Assembly: GCA_964019335.1 (NCBI GenBank)
Contig: OZ025727.1
Span: forward strand, 310,001 to 374,000
DNA: 64,000 bases
Reading direction: 5' to 3'
Source: Diplonema japonicum
Taxonomy: Eukaryota; Protista; Euglenozoa: Diplonemea
Below, piece by piece: positions 34,036-45,100 of the stretch; within the stretch, counting starts at the first letter, position 1, and each line of letters starts with the position of its first letter. The notes below the pieces were generated by a model, which ran no database searches, was not told the origin of the DNA, and was given only the letters and a program-made list of their open reading frames with translations. The position numbers and the translations under genes were made by a program.

Positions 34036-35766
34036 ATGCCTCTAGAGGACTACCCTCCTTATGCATGGATCATGTCCGGGGACAGCGATACCGCTGTGTT
34101 CCACAAGAAGCTGTTATTTTCGATGTACATAGCAGTAGGGACAGCATCGCTGTTCTCGAGCATGTCGTTCAGGGGCTTGGTCATGCTGGGCATCAACATG
34201 TCGACTTTGCTGAGCTCTGTGGTAGGGGTGATACACATGATTTGCACGAAGAGGCTGAACTACCTCTTCGCTGAAGTTTACTTCTACCTGACGGTTGTCG
34301 TTCTGCTGCTCCGAAACTTCGTGGCAGCCTCCACAGGGGGCCTTGCAGAGTGGTCCTTTGTCGTGATTGTCGTTGATATCTGTTTAGTGCTACGCCTCCC
34401 CAGAAGGATTGCATTGCATATCCTTGCGCTCACCGTCTTTGCAATGGCCTTGTACTGCTTCGAGAACATGGCGCGTGTTGGGATCTATAATGCTGATTTC
34501 TTTGGTAGCTCGCAGGAAGATGTTCGTGAGAAGCTGTGCGGCTGCCCTACACTCCCCTGCAAGGAACGTGCGACATCTTCTTTGATCTATTTCATCGGCC
34601 CTGTGCTCGTCCTCTTCCTTGACTACTACTTCACAAGGAACTTTGCCTGCGATCTCTACAAACAGAAAGATGAAATGGAGCAGGTCATTGCAGCAGCGGA
34701 GCAAACGGCTGCATGCCTGTCCCGCTTCGACCTCGGCCAGGCAGAGGCCATCATCAACAACTCCAGCCTCCCCCCTCCCCTCTACTGCGCATTTTCGCAC
34801 ATACTTAGAAATCTTCACGTGTACCGCCCTTACCTCCCTCAGTCCTGCTTTTTTAACGAAGATTTCACCGACAGCACCAGTGAATGTGACTCAGACTTGT
34901 GCTCCGAAACTAGGCCGGAAGGCGACAAGCGCGCCTCATCAGGTTTCGAGCAATCGCACAGATCGTCACACAGCTCTAAGAGCCGTGTAAGCAACGAGTC
35001 GCGTGAGCTGCCTATCGTGGTGGAGAAGCGTAGGTGCAGTTTCACTGTGAGCAACATGCTCGGTTCGCATGACCTCGCAGCCACTGACATCAAGCAGTTT
35101 CAAACTTCTCATTGCGATGTGACTAAGATCTTGATTGAAGCATGCACCACCCACGGAGGAGTGGTGGGCGTGATGGTGGGGGACCACATCCACACCTCAT
35201 TCAATGCAGTGAGGAAGTGTGCAGCACATGCCAAAGGGGCAGTGGAGGCGGCACTTCGCATCAACTCGGTAACAAAAGCTGCTGGGCTTGAAGTAGTGAC
35301 AGGTGTGTCCTCTGGGCAAGCATACTGTGGTCCATTTGGGTGCACCGAACTTCTGACAGTGGCAACGATAGGCCGGGCTTCTGTAGTAGCTTCTCTTTTG
35401 GAAACGTTTGGGAGGGTGAAGGGGCACAAGGTTGTGTGCAGCAGTTCAGTGTACAGCGACGTGTCGTATGCCTTTGTGATGCGCATTATCTTTGGAAGGG
35501 TCTTGTACAAGGGCTGTGTTGTGTTTGGGTACGAGGTGGAGGCAATTGACTGGGATGTTAACGAGGAGGAGTGGATGTACCAGATCAAGGGGAATGAGTG
35601 GGACACCTACAACGAGTCAGGGCGGCAGTACCTCAACGGGGAAGGGGACATAGCAACGCTGTCTATGTCTCACGGGTCGAGCCTTGTTGTGCAACAGCAC
35701 CAGGATCAAGTGGTGGAGATGTTAAGGTCAGGAGAAGCAGTGTCAGTTGACGTGAGAGTCGATTAG
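34036..35766 (+). CDS. Multi-TM class III cyclase-like protein, paralog 2
   Basis: Same architecture; ATG 15 nt after CAG. Confidence 0.85.
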   Translation: MPLEDYPPYAWIMSGDSDTAVFHKKLLFSMYIAVGTASLFSSMSFRGLVMLGINMSTLLSSVVGVIHMICTKRLNYLFAEVYFYLTVVVLLLRNFVAASTGGLAEWSFVVIVVDICLVLRLPRRIALHILALTVFAMALYCFENMARVGIYNADFFGSSQEDVREKLCGCPTLPCKERATSSLIYFIGPVLVLFLDYYFTRNFACDLYKQKDEMEQVIAAAEQTAACLSRFDLGQAEAIINNSSLPPPLYCAFSHILRNLHVYRPYLPQSCFFNEDFTDSTSECDSDLCSETRPEGDKRASSGFEQSHRSSHSSKSRVSNESRELPIVVEKRRCSFTVSNMLGSHDLAATDIKQFQTSHCDVTKILIEACTTHGGVVGVMVGDHIHTSFNAVRKCAAHAKGAVEAALRINSVTKAAGLEVVTGVSSGQAYCGPFGCTELLTVATIGRASVVASLLETFGRVKGHKVVCSSSVYSDVSYAFVMRIIFGRVLYKGCVVFGYEVEAIDWDVNEEEWMYQIKGNEWDTYNESGRQYLNGEGDIATLSMSHGSSLVVQQHQDQVVEMLRSGEAVSVDVRVD

Positions 35767-35831
35767 AAGGTTTAGATTTACATCGCTTCTTCTTAAACTG
35801 CACATAACAACACTGCTGCAAATGAGACATC

Positions 35832-35931
35832 CACCGATAAGTGCAACGGTTCACCGATAAGTGCAATGGTTCACCGATAAGTGCAATGGTTTACCGATAA
35901 GTGCAATGGTTCACCGATAAGTGCAATGGTT
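35832..35931. repeat. Minisatellite, 5 x 20 bp (CACCGATAAGTGCAATGGTT)
   Basis: Head-to-tail units with two substitutions in total and no spacers. Confidence 0.95.
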
Positions 35932-37088
35932 GTCACCGGTTCTTTCTTTGGTGCACGGTGTTTCTTTTCCTCACTTTATTTCCCCCCTCTTCTTGTTTTT
36001 CTCTCTTTAGCTTTCATAGGGCATGCAGTTTTCTTATAGTGGGGAGGTCTTCGGCCATATTGGATACCAATATTAAGGGTTTTCTTTGCTGCATGGCACC
36101 ACTAGAGTCGAGACAACTTCTTTTTTAGAAGACGCTGCGAGAATGGGGGGGGGGGGGGGGGGGGGGGGGCACTAATGATTGTAATTTACAGGAAGTGACG
36201 GAAAGAGTAGTGGCTGGAGGGCTTTCGGACCTGACGGCAGACCTAAAAAAACCTGAGTTCCAATTCTTTTGGAGAGTACGTACGCTGCGATACATCGGAG
36301 CAGTATTGCATCGGCGAAGACTAAGCACCATCGAAGAGGGGGGATAGGTAGGATGATATAATTTATGTCTTTTATATACTGTAAAACAAAAAATGCTGGG
36401 TCCGGGTTTTTGTCGTGTCCGGGAGGTTTGTCATTTTCCCGTCCGGCATTAAAACTCTCTTTACAGCTTTTTCAGTCAGAATTCTCCATGCTTTTCTTGT
36501 GCCCGCTGTTGCCATGCATGGTGTGACACTTGGATGAAACTACCGTGTGGGAAGGGTCAAATAATAAAGGCGAAAAAAAAAGGGAGTAGGGGACTACTAC
36601 GCTACTCTCTTGCCCCTAGGCTTACGTGCGGCTTTTTCCTGGAAGCAGCCTCAACCTTACGCTGCTACCCGGGAGCATCTCCACAGAGGCCGAGGGCATC
36701 CACGTCAATTGCATTGTCAAGTCAGACAGCATGTGCCCTCTATCTGCTTGGCAAGCGCCACGTAGAGGTCGTTTCTTCCTCTTCCCAACCCAGCCCTCCC
36801 ACTCCCAGCCCTTCTCTTCAACTGCTCTTACTTCCCAGCTCGCTTTGAGGTGTTGCCAAGCAGGATAAAAAATGTTTTTTTGTCCAGAAGCTTTTCTCTT
36901 GCCGGCTACAACGAAAGCTCCCATGTGAACAAAATATTTAATGCCGAACGGACAAACGTCCTGGTTTCTGTCGCGTCCGGCTTTTTTCCGCCGGCATTTT
37001 TTGTTTTACAGTATATATCTATATATGGTTGAAAGGTAAGAACCCCAGCCCGAATTCCTTATTCTTGTACTTCTTCACAGGCCTTCCA

Positions 37089-38771
37089 ATGCCCTTGGAG
37101 CACTATGCACCTTTTAAGTGGGTCATGCGTCCCAACGACAGCAAGTTTGAAATTCTCAAAAAGAAGCTAATCTTCACGCTGTACACGGTGCTGTTCCTGC
37201 TGACGATTGGGTCGTCGTTGAATTTTAGAACTCATAGAGCCTTGTTCATCAACTTGGGGATCAACCTGCCGAGCTGTGTGGGAGCTGTACACATGCTGGT
37301 CACGAGGAGGTTCAACATCGTTGTGACAGAGGTTCTGTTTTACGTTCTCGCCGTGGTGTTCATGTTCAGATACTTTTCCTCAGTCACGTTTGGCTTGTCT
37401 AGTGGTTGGTCTCCTATCATCATACTCATAGATCTGTGCCTGGTTGCGCAGCTTGAAAACCGTATTTCTGTAGTGTTGGTCTTCGGTACTTGTGTGTGCT
37501 TTTTTGTCTTCGCCTTCGAGGATATGCTGCGTTTTGGACTATACGATGTGGAAGCTCTGGGCGTCAGTTCTCAGAAGGAACGGTACGACTTCAACTGTGA
37601 TTGCTCAACGCTTCCTTGCAAAAAAACTGCGGCGTATGCTTCAAGCAACGTTTTTTCGAACGCAGTTGTTCTCGTCTTTGATTACTACTTCACAAGGAAC
37701 TTCGCCAACAGCCTCTCCAAGAGGAACAGTGAAATGGAGAAGGTTGTCTCCGCTGCTGAAAACATTGCCGAGTGCCTGTCTCGCTTCGACCTCGGTCAGG
37801 CAGAGGCCATCATCCATTCGTCTCACCTCCCAGTTCCCCTTCATAATGCATTCACCAACATCCTTTCCAACCTCCACATGTACCGACCCTACCTCCCTCA
37901 GTCCTGTTTTTTGTTCAACGAGCTCGCGCCGAGCGATAGTGACACGCCCACAACAGAGAAAGGCCACTCCGATGTCAGCGATAGCAAAAGCAGCCGTGAG
38001 CAACAGCCCAATCGAGAGCTGCTTGCCGCAGTGGAGAAGCGTAGGTGCAGTTTCACTGTGAGCAACATGCTCGGCTCGCATGAACTCGCTGCCGCTGACA
38101 TAACGAAATTCCAAGAGATCCATTGTTATACAGTTTGCAAGCATCTCAACGCATGCGCCACCCACGGAGGAGTGGTGGGTGTGATCATGGGAGACCACAT
38201 CCACGCCTCATTCAATGCAGTGAGGAGGTGCTCGGCACACGCCAAAGGGGCAGTGGAGGCGGCACTTCGCATCAGCTCAGCAGCGGAGGCTGAAGTAGTG
38301 ACAGGTGTGTCCTCTGGGCAAGCATACTGTGGTCCATTTGGGTGCACCGAACTTCTGACAGTGGCAACGATAGGCCGGGCTTCTGTAGTAGCTTCTCTTT
38401 TGGAAACGTTTGGGAGGGTGAAGGGGCACAAGGTTGTGTGCAGCAGTTCGGTGTACAGCGACGTGTCGTATGCCTTTGTGATGCGCATCATCATCGGAAA
38501 GGTTCTGTACAAGGGAAGTACTGTTCTTGGGTACGAGGTGGAGGCACTGGCTGGGGATGTTAACGAGGAGGAGTGGATGTACCAGATCAAGGGGAATGAG
38601 TGGGACACCTACAACGAGGCAGGGCGGCGGTACCTTTCTGGCGACATCAGCGGGGCGAAAAACCTTTTAACGGCAGAAAACCAAGGTGCCGCGCAGACGT
38701 ATGTAGAACGTTTGATGCTGCTGCTGGACTCCGGCGAGCAGGCAGCCATTCTCAATCTCAGATTTGAATGA
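37089..38771 (+). CDS. Multi-TM class III cyclase-like protein, paralog 3
   Basis: ATG at 37089 (MPLEHY, compare MPLEDY in paralog 2) after TTCTTCACAG; same motifs. Confidence 0.85.
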   Translation: MPLEHYAPFKWVMRPNDSKFEILKKKLIFTLYTVLFLLTIGSSLNFRTHRALFINLGINLPSCVGAVHMLVTRRFNIVVTEVLFYVLAVVFMFRYFSSVTFGLSSGWSPIIILIDLCLVAQLENRISVVLVFGTCVCFFVFAFEDMLRFGLYDVEALGVSSQKERYDFNCDCSTLPCKKTAAYASSNVFSNAVVLVFDYYFTRNFANSLSKRNSEMEKVVSAAENIAECLSRFDLGQAEAIIHSSHLPVPLHNAFTNILSNLHMYRPYLPQSCFLFNELAPSDSDTPTTEKGHSDVSDSKSSREQQPNRELLAAVEKRRCSFTVSNMLGSHELAAADITKFQEIHCYTVCKHLNACATHGGVVGVIMGDHIHASFNAVRRCSAHAKGAVEAALRISSAAEAEVVTGVSSGQAYCGPFGCTELLTVATIGRASVVASLLETFGRVKGHKVVCSSSVYSDVSYAFVMRIIIGKVLYKGSTVLGYEVEALAGDVNEEEWMYQIKGNEWDTYNEAGRRYLSGDISGAKNLLTAENQGAAQTYVERLMLLLDSGEQAAILNLRFE

Positions 38772-39147
38772 CGTAGAGTGGGGGGCTAAGATAGGGCTAA
38801 GACTTCTAGCACAATGATAAAGTCATGCTCTAGAACCAACCAGCTCTAATGATACTCTTAACAGGGTTTTTATTTTATTTTTCTTTGGTAATTTTCTCCT
38901 ATTTCTTGAAGAGAGTTTTCGTGGATAGTTTTGTTTAAATCCCTTGGAGCCACAAGTACGGGAGGAGAAACCGCTGTTGAAAGGGGATGAAGCGTCTCAT
39001 AAAGACCTCTTTTAACTCTGACATTCTTTTCTTACTACAGTATTTACCCCCCCCCCCCCCCTTTGTTTACTCCGTTCTTTTTTTAAAACCACACAGGTTC
39101 TATCCCCTTTTACAAACGAAAAGAAAAGAAAAAACACAAAACAAAGA

Positions 39148-42100
39148 ATGAGATTCTCCTTGCTGTTTATCACCCTGCTGTGCAGGGATGCGGCGGGGAA
39201 TATTTACAACAACAGAGACTGCAGGGATTGGGGAGCGCCCCAGAACAAGAACGAGTACCCCAAATGGCACTACTGCAACAGACGGCCTGGGGACGGCAAC
39301 ACGAGGTATAAATTTCTGACAGACAAGATGCCCCCCGCCGATGTGCCTCCGCACAAGTGTGGGAAGGGCCTTGTTCTCCGCCACGATGCAGACGGCATTG
39401 TCTGTGCGAACTATGGTCTAGGAGATGACTACGGCGGGCCCTGCGATGACTTGACGTGTTGCGTGAAGGAGGTGTGCACTTCCTACAAGTGTCCCAAGAA
39501 TTGGGTCAAGAAGTCGGACGCCGACCAGATATCATGCCTCTTCGGATGTGCTGAAGATCTTTGTTGTGACCCTGTGCTCCCTGTCCCCAAGAGGAACCCC
39601 GCAGGCCTCATCTTCGTCGACCGCGACCCCAAGAGGTTCTCCTTCGGAGGGAACATTACCATTCTCCGTGCACCCGATGAGACGGACATCAAAGAGTACC
39701 GCCTCTACTGGGGATACGCCAACATGGTTCGAAAGGTCCCTTCTTGCGGGTTGAAAAACCCTGTCTCGTGGGAGACTATCAAGTGGCGCTCCTCAAAGCT
39801 GATCAAGAAGGTGAAGGTGACCGGGTGCGACATCACCTTCGAGCTTCCCATGGGCACGAAGCCACCCCCACGTGACAGCTCTTGCACCATTAAGACAAAC
39901 CGACAGGACAGAATCACTGCGGGAACGGACCCCTGCAACCCTCACTACATCATCGTGGCAGCGTGGAACGAGAACGGTGAGAAGCCCGTGATGGCTACGA
40001 ACGAGCAGCAGGTGGGCCCCCGTCACCCGATATCGGACTACGAGGATGAGTACGACCTACCGTGCGCAGAGGGCGGCATCACAATGGGACACGACATCCC
40101 TGCTTCGGAGGACTACGTGTTGGGAAAGCGAAACGGCGTAAACTCTGCTGCCGAGTGCGCGAAGCTCTGCAGAGAATACAACGGTGCGAAGGGCCCCTGC
40201 CGCTACTGGACCTGGGCCTACCCGAACAAAGGGCACACCGCAAAGACCTGCTGGATGGAAAGCCAGATCCTACAGAAGACACACTACGGCGTGCGTGTTG
40301 TAGGACCTGCGGTGTGCCCTACGAAGGACGGCGAAAGACCCACTGGAAAGGAACGCCCACGATGCAACAGATGGATCAGAAAGGCCAGCCAAGCACCTTT
40401 TGCGGATGAGAAGGGACGCAACCAGTGGATTGCAAAGGGTCTGCACTGGGTACAGAAACCCAACCTCCCCGATGTCCCGCTGGGCCCGTATGACAACGCG
40501 GAAGAATGCCAGGCCATCTGCGACATGGACATGCTGTGCATAGGTTTCGTGTACATGAAGCGTGACCCCTCTGACAAGTGGTTCCACAGCTGCTTCATGA
40601 TCCGCCAGGATGTGGGCTTCAAAAGCAACATATTCTACGACAGCTGGATGTGCTCGCGTGAAGGCATGGCGCCTCTTCTGAATGGGTACACCATGAACAC
40701 CAACCCATTCGGCTACACGAAGTGCTCACAGGCTCCGTCCACCGAGGAGCAAGCCAACGACGTGGACTGTTGTGCTGCACTGTGCGACGCTGACAAGAGC
40801 TGTGCCTCGTTCACATTTTGGGGTGACAAGAAGTGCCAGCTGTTCAAGTCGTGCAGTATTCAAAAGGTGAACAAGGTCGAAGGCTGCGCGTATGAGTCCT
40901 GCTACGACGGCTACGGGGCGGTAACTTACACCAAAGACACAGCACGGTCCATGTCGGTGGTGGATAAGTGGCCGCAGGCTGGCGGTGACGGTGGTATCCC
41001 TATCACTGTGCAGACGAATGGCGGGATGGACGGCGTGGAGGTTACGTGCGTCGCGTGGAGAGACGGTAAGCCGACCCGCCCTGCTGTCCCAACCACAGTC
41101 AAGGCCATCAAGTCGCAGGCTTCGCTTTCGACTTCGTTCGCCTCTGCTGTCGTCAAGGATGACATAGCGGAGATGCTCATCTCACGCGAGGAGATGTCTG
41201 CGTGGATCGATGACGGGCAAAAATACAAGATCCGCTGTGGGGTTGACGACCCCAAGCCCCTGGGCCTTCCTGACTACGTCGACAGGACCATCGAGACAAA
41301 TTTCGTTGGCGGTTACCAGCTAGTGGGCGCCGGCTACTGCAAGACTACCTCCTGCAGCAGTGCCAAAGCTATCATCCCAAAGAACACCCCGTACACACTG
41401 GCAGGCTGCAAGAAGGAGTGCGACGACCATGGCCCCAAGTGCACCGCCTTCTGGTACCGCAACCACGACGGTTGGTGCCACCTGAAGATCGACGGCTGCA
41501 AGTACGACAAGGTAAATAAGGACGCAAACGTGCAGTGCTTCCGAGTTTGGAAAGGGAAGAACCCCTTCCTCCCAGGGTCGGACATCTGCCCATTGTCCTG
41601 CACTGGGACCTGTGCATTCAAGAGACAACTCGGTGTGTACGAGAGGGATGTTTTCATCCCCCCTAGACAGATCTGTCAGGCAGGTGATGAATGTGCCACA
41701 AGCCCTTGCGGGATGGGACAGACTTGCAAGGACCCCAACACGGCTCCTAGCAGCCTCAACGATTACGTGTGCAGCTGCGATGCCGACCCGAGCGTCACGG
41801 CGATAGGAACAGCAGCAATGTGCATTCTTGACGAGTGTGCTGCAACCCCTTGTGGTGCGGGCCAGGACTGCTCTGACCCAGACACAGGCTACGGAAGCTT
41901 GAACGACTTCTCTTGCTCTTGCAAGTCTGACCCCACCGTCACACAAACAGGAGGCCCTGCAACGTGTCCACCACCGCAAAAGGATGAATGCACTGGTGAT
42001 CCCTGCGGTACAGGGCAGACGTGCAATGACCCCTCGAAGACGACTACTGACATCAAAGACTTCACGTGCACATGTGACAACGACCCTGCCACAAATGCGA

Positions 42101-45100
42101 CTGCGAAGAAGGCCACTTGCGAACTTGATGAGTGTGCAGCAAGCCCGTGCGGCCCCGATCAGGACTGCTCCGACCCTGACACGAGGTACAGTGCCCATGA
42201 CAACTACGAGTGCACCTGCAAGGCAGACTCTACAGTTAAGACGGTCGGTGTTGCCGCCGTGTGCTCGCAAGACGAGTGCTCGTCAAAGCCATGCGGTACT
42301 GGTCAGACATGTAATGATCCTACCAAGACGCCCACGACCCTCAAGGACTATACATGCACCTGTGATAGTGACCCTGCGACAAAGGTCACAGGCGGAGTAG
42401 CAACTTGTGAGCTTGATGAGTGCGCCAGCAGCCCTTGCGGAACTGGCCAGGCCTGCACCGATCCCAACACCAAGTACAGCTCGAAACTTGACTTCGAGTG
42501 TGTGTGTCAGGCAGATGCAACCATTAAGAAGATCGGAGCTCCTGCCACCTGTTCAAAAGATGAGTGTGCTTCCGATCCCTGTGGCACTGGGCAGACTTGC
42601 AACGACCCGACACCCACCATCCATACTGTGAAGGACTACACGTGTACTTGTGACAGTGACCCTGCGACAAAAGCTACTGGTAGCAAGGCAACCTGTGTAC
42701 TAGATGAGTGTACCAGCGGTCCGTGTGGTGCTGACCAAGACTGCACTGATCCCGACACCAAGTATAGCTCGCAGAGCGACTTTGAATGCTCCTGTAAAGC
42801 TGATGCAACAATCAAAAAGATTGGTGCCTCTGCCACCTGTTCGAGGGATGAGTGTGCTTCCGATCCCTGTGGCACTGGTCAGACTTGTAACGACCCGACA
42901 CCCACAATCCACACTGTGAAGGACTACACGTGCACTTGCAACAATGACCCTGCGACGAAAGCTACAGGTGCGAAGGCCACTTGCATGCTTGATGAGTGTG
43001 CCAGCAGCCCTTGTGGAACAGGCCAAGACTGCACCGACCCCGACACAAAGTATAGTTCGAATCTTGATTTTGAGTGTTCTTGCAAAGCTGACACGAGTAT
43101 CAAGAAGGTAGGTGCTCCTGCGACTTGCACGAAAGATGAGTGTGCTTCCGATCCCTGTGGCACTGGGCAGACTTGCAACGACCCGACACCCACCATCCAC
43201 ACTGTGAAGGACTACACGTGCACTTGCGACAGTGACCCTGCAACAAAGTCCACCGGCACGAAAGCAACCTGTGTTCTGGATGAATGTGATAGCGGCCCGT
43301 GTGGTGCTGATCAAGACTGCACTGATCCCGACACCAGTTACAGCTCTCAGTTTGACTACACATGTTCCTGCAAGGCGAGCCCTACCATCGTGAAGGTCGG
43401 TGGCACCGCTACTTGTGAACGAGATGAGTGCGTGTCGTTGCCTTGCGGTGCTCAGCAGACTTGCTCTGACCCCAATAAGTCACCGAAGAGCCTCAAGGAC
43501 TACGTGTGTAGCTGCAACAACGACCCATCGACGGCCACAGGAACACAAGCAACGTGTGAGTTGAATGAATGTACTAGTGCACCTTGCGGCACGGGCCAGG
43601 TATGTGTAGATCCTGACACGAGGAAGGGCTCTGCATGGGACTTTACGTGCACTTGCATGGGCGACGCTGCGACCAGTAGCACAGGTAGAGCAGCTTTGTG
43701 TGTGATTGACGAATGTGTCACCTCACCTTGTGGGTCGCAGGCATGCACTGATCCTGACACTCTTGCGAGTAGTGCTGGAGACTTCGTGTGCTCCTGTCCA
43801 GGAGGTTCACCAAGCAAGGTAGGCGGCATTGCGACATGTAGCACAGGTACCGCCGACGAATGCGCCACCAACCCGTGTGGTGCCCAGCAGTGCAACGACC
43901 CAAACCAGAAGGCATCTAGCACTGGCGATTACATCTGTTCTTGTATTTCTGGAACAGGCACGGCAACTGGAATGCCTGCAAACTGCGTTCTTGATGAGTG
44001 CCTCAGCAACCCTTGCGACAGCCAGGCCTGCACTGATACGAACACAGACCCTGCTGCTGTGAACGATTTCACGTGCTCGTGCCAGGCACCTGCAACAGGG
44101 ACTGCAACCGGCGCCAAGGCAGCATGCGTCGTTGATGAGTGCCTTACATCGCCCTGCAATGCATCGCAGACTTGCAGTGACATCTCTGCAGCTATGTATG
44201 ACTTCACGTGCACGTGTGACAACGGTGTACAAGCTACTGGTGGGAGCGCAACATGTGAACTCGACGAGTGTGCTGCTATCCCGTGCGGAGCCGGGCAGAC
44301 CTGCAACGACCCCAACACGAAGTACACCAGTCAGCACGACTACACATGCACTTGCATCTCCGATCCTACTCGCCTGCAGACAGATGGACCTGCGCTGTGC
44401 TCTTACGACGAGTGCTCTGCCAACCCTTGTGCCACTGGGCAGACATGCAGCGACCCTGATAAGGGCACTCACAAGCTCAAGGACTTTATCTGTACGTGTG
44501 CCAATAGTGTCAAAGCAACTGGAGGGAGTGCGACTTGTGAGCTGGACGAGTGTGCTGGTACTCCTTGTGGCACAGGGCAGACCTGCAACGACCCCAACAA
44601 GAAGTACACCAGTCAGCACGACTACACATGCATGTGCGACAGCGATAGCAGTATTTTCCAAGTCGATGGTCCTGCGCAGTGCACATATGATGAGTGCTTG
44701 AATTCTGTTTGCGGTGTGGGGCAGACATGCCTTGACTCAAACGTTTCAACCCGTTCGCTGAAAGACTTCGTCTGCACGTGTACCAATGGTGTGAAGGCGA
44801 CAGGCGGTGCTGCTACGTGTGAGCTGGATGAGTGTGCAGCTAACCCCTGCGGTGCTGGGCAGACGTGCAGCGACCCCGACACAAGGTACGTCATGCAGCA
44901 CGACTTTACGTGCACATGCGCTGGGGACACAAAACTATTCCAAGTGGACGGCCCTGCCACATGTGAGAACGACGAGTGCAGCAAAAACATTTGCGGGACA
45001 GGACAGACATGTTTGGATCTCAACAAGTCGGTCCACTCTCTAAAGGACTTCACCTGTACATGTTCTAATGGTGTGAAGGCTACCGGCGGCGCCGCCACTT

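Noticed and set aside
35832-35931. CRISPR-like array
   Set aside because: Units are contiguous with no spacers; eukaryotic context; no cas genes.
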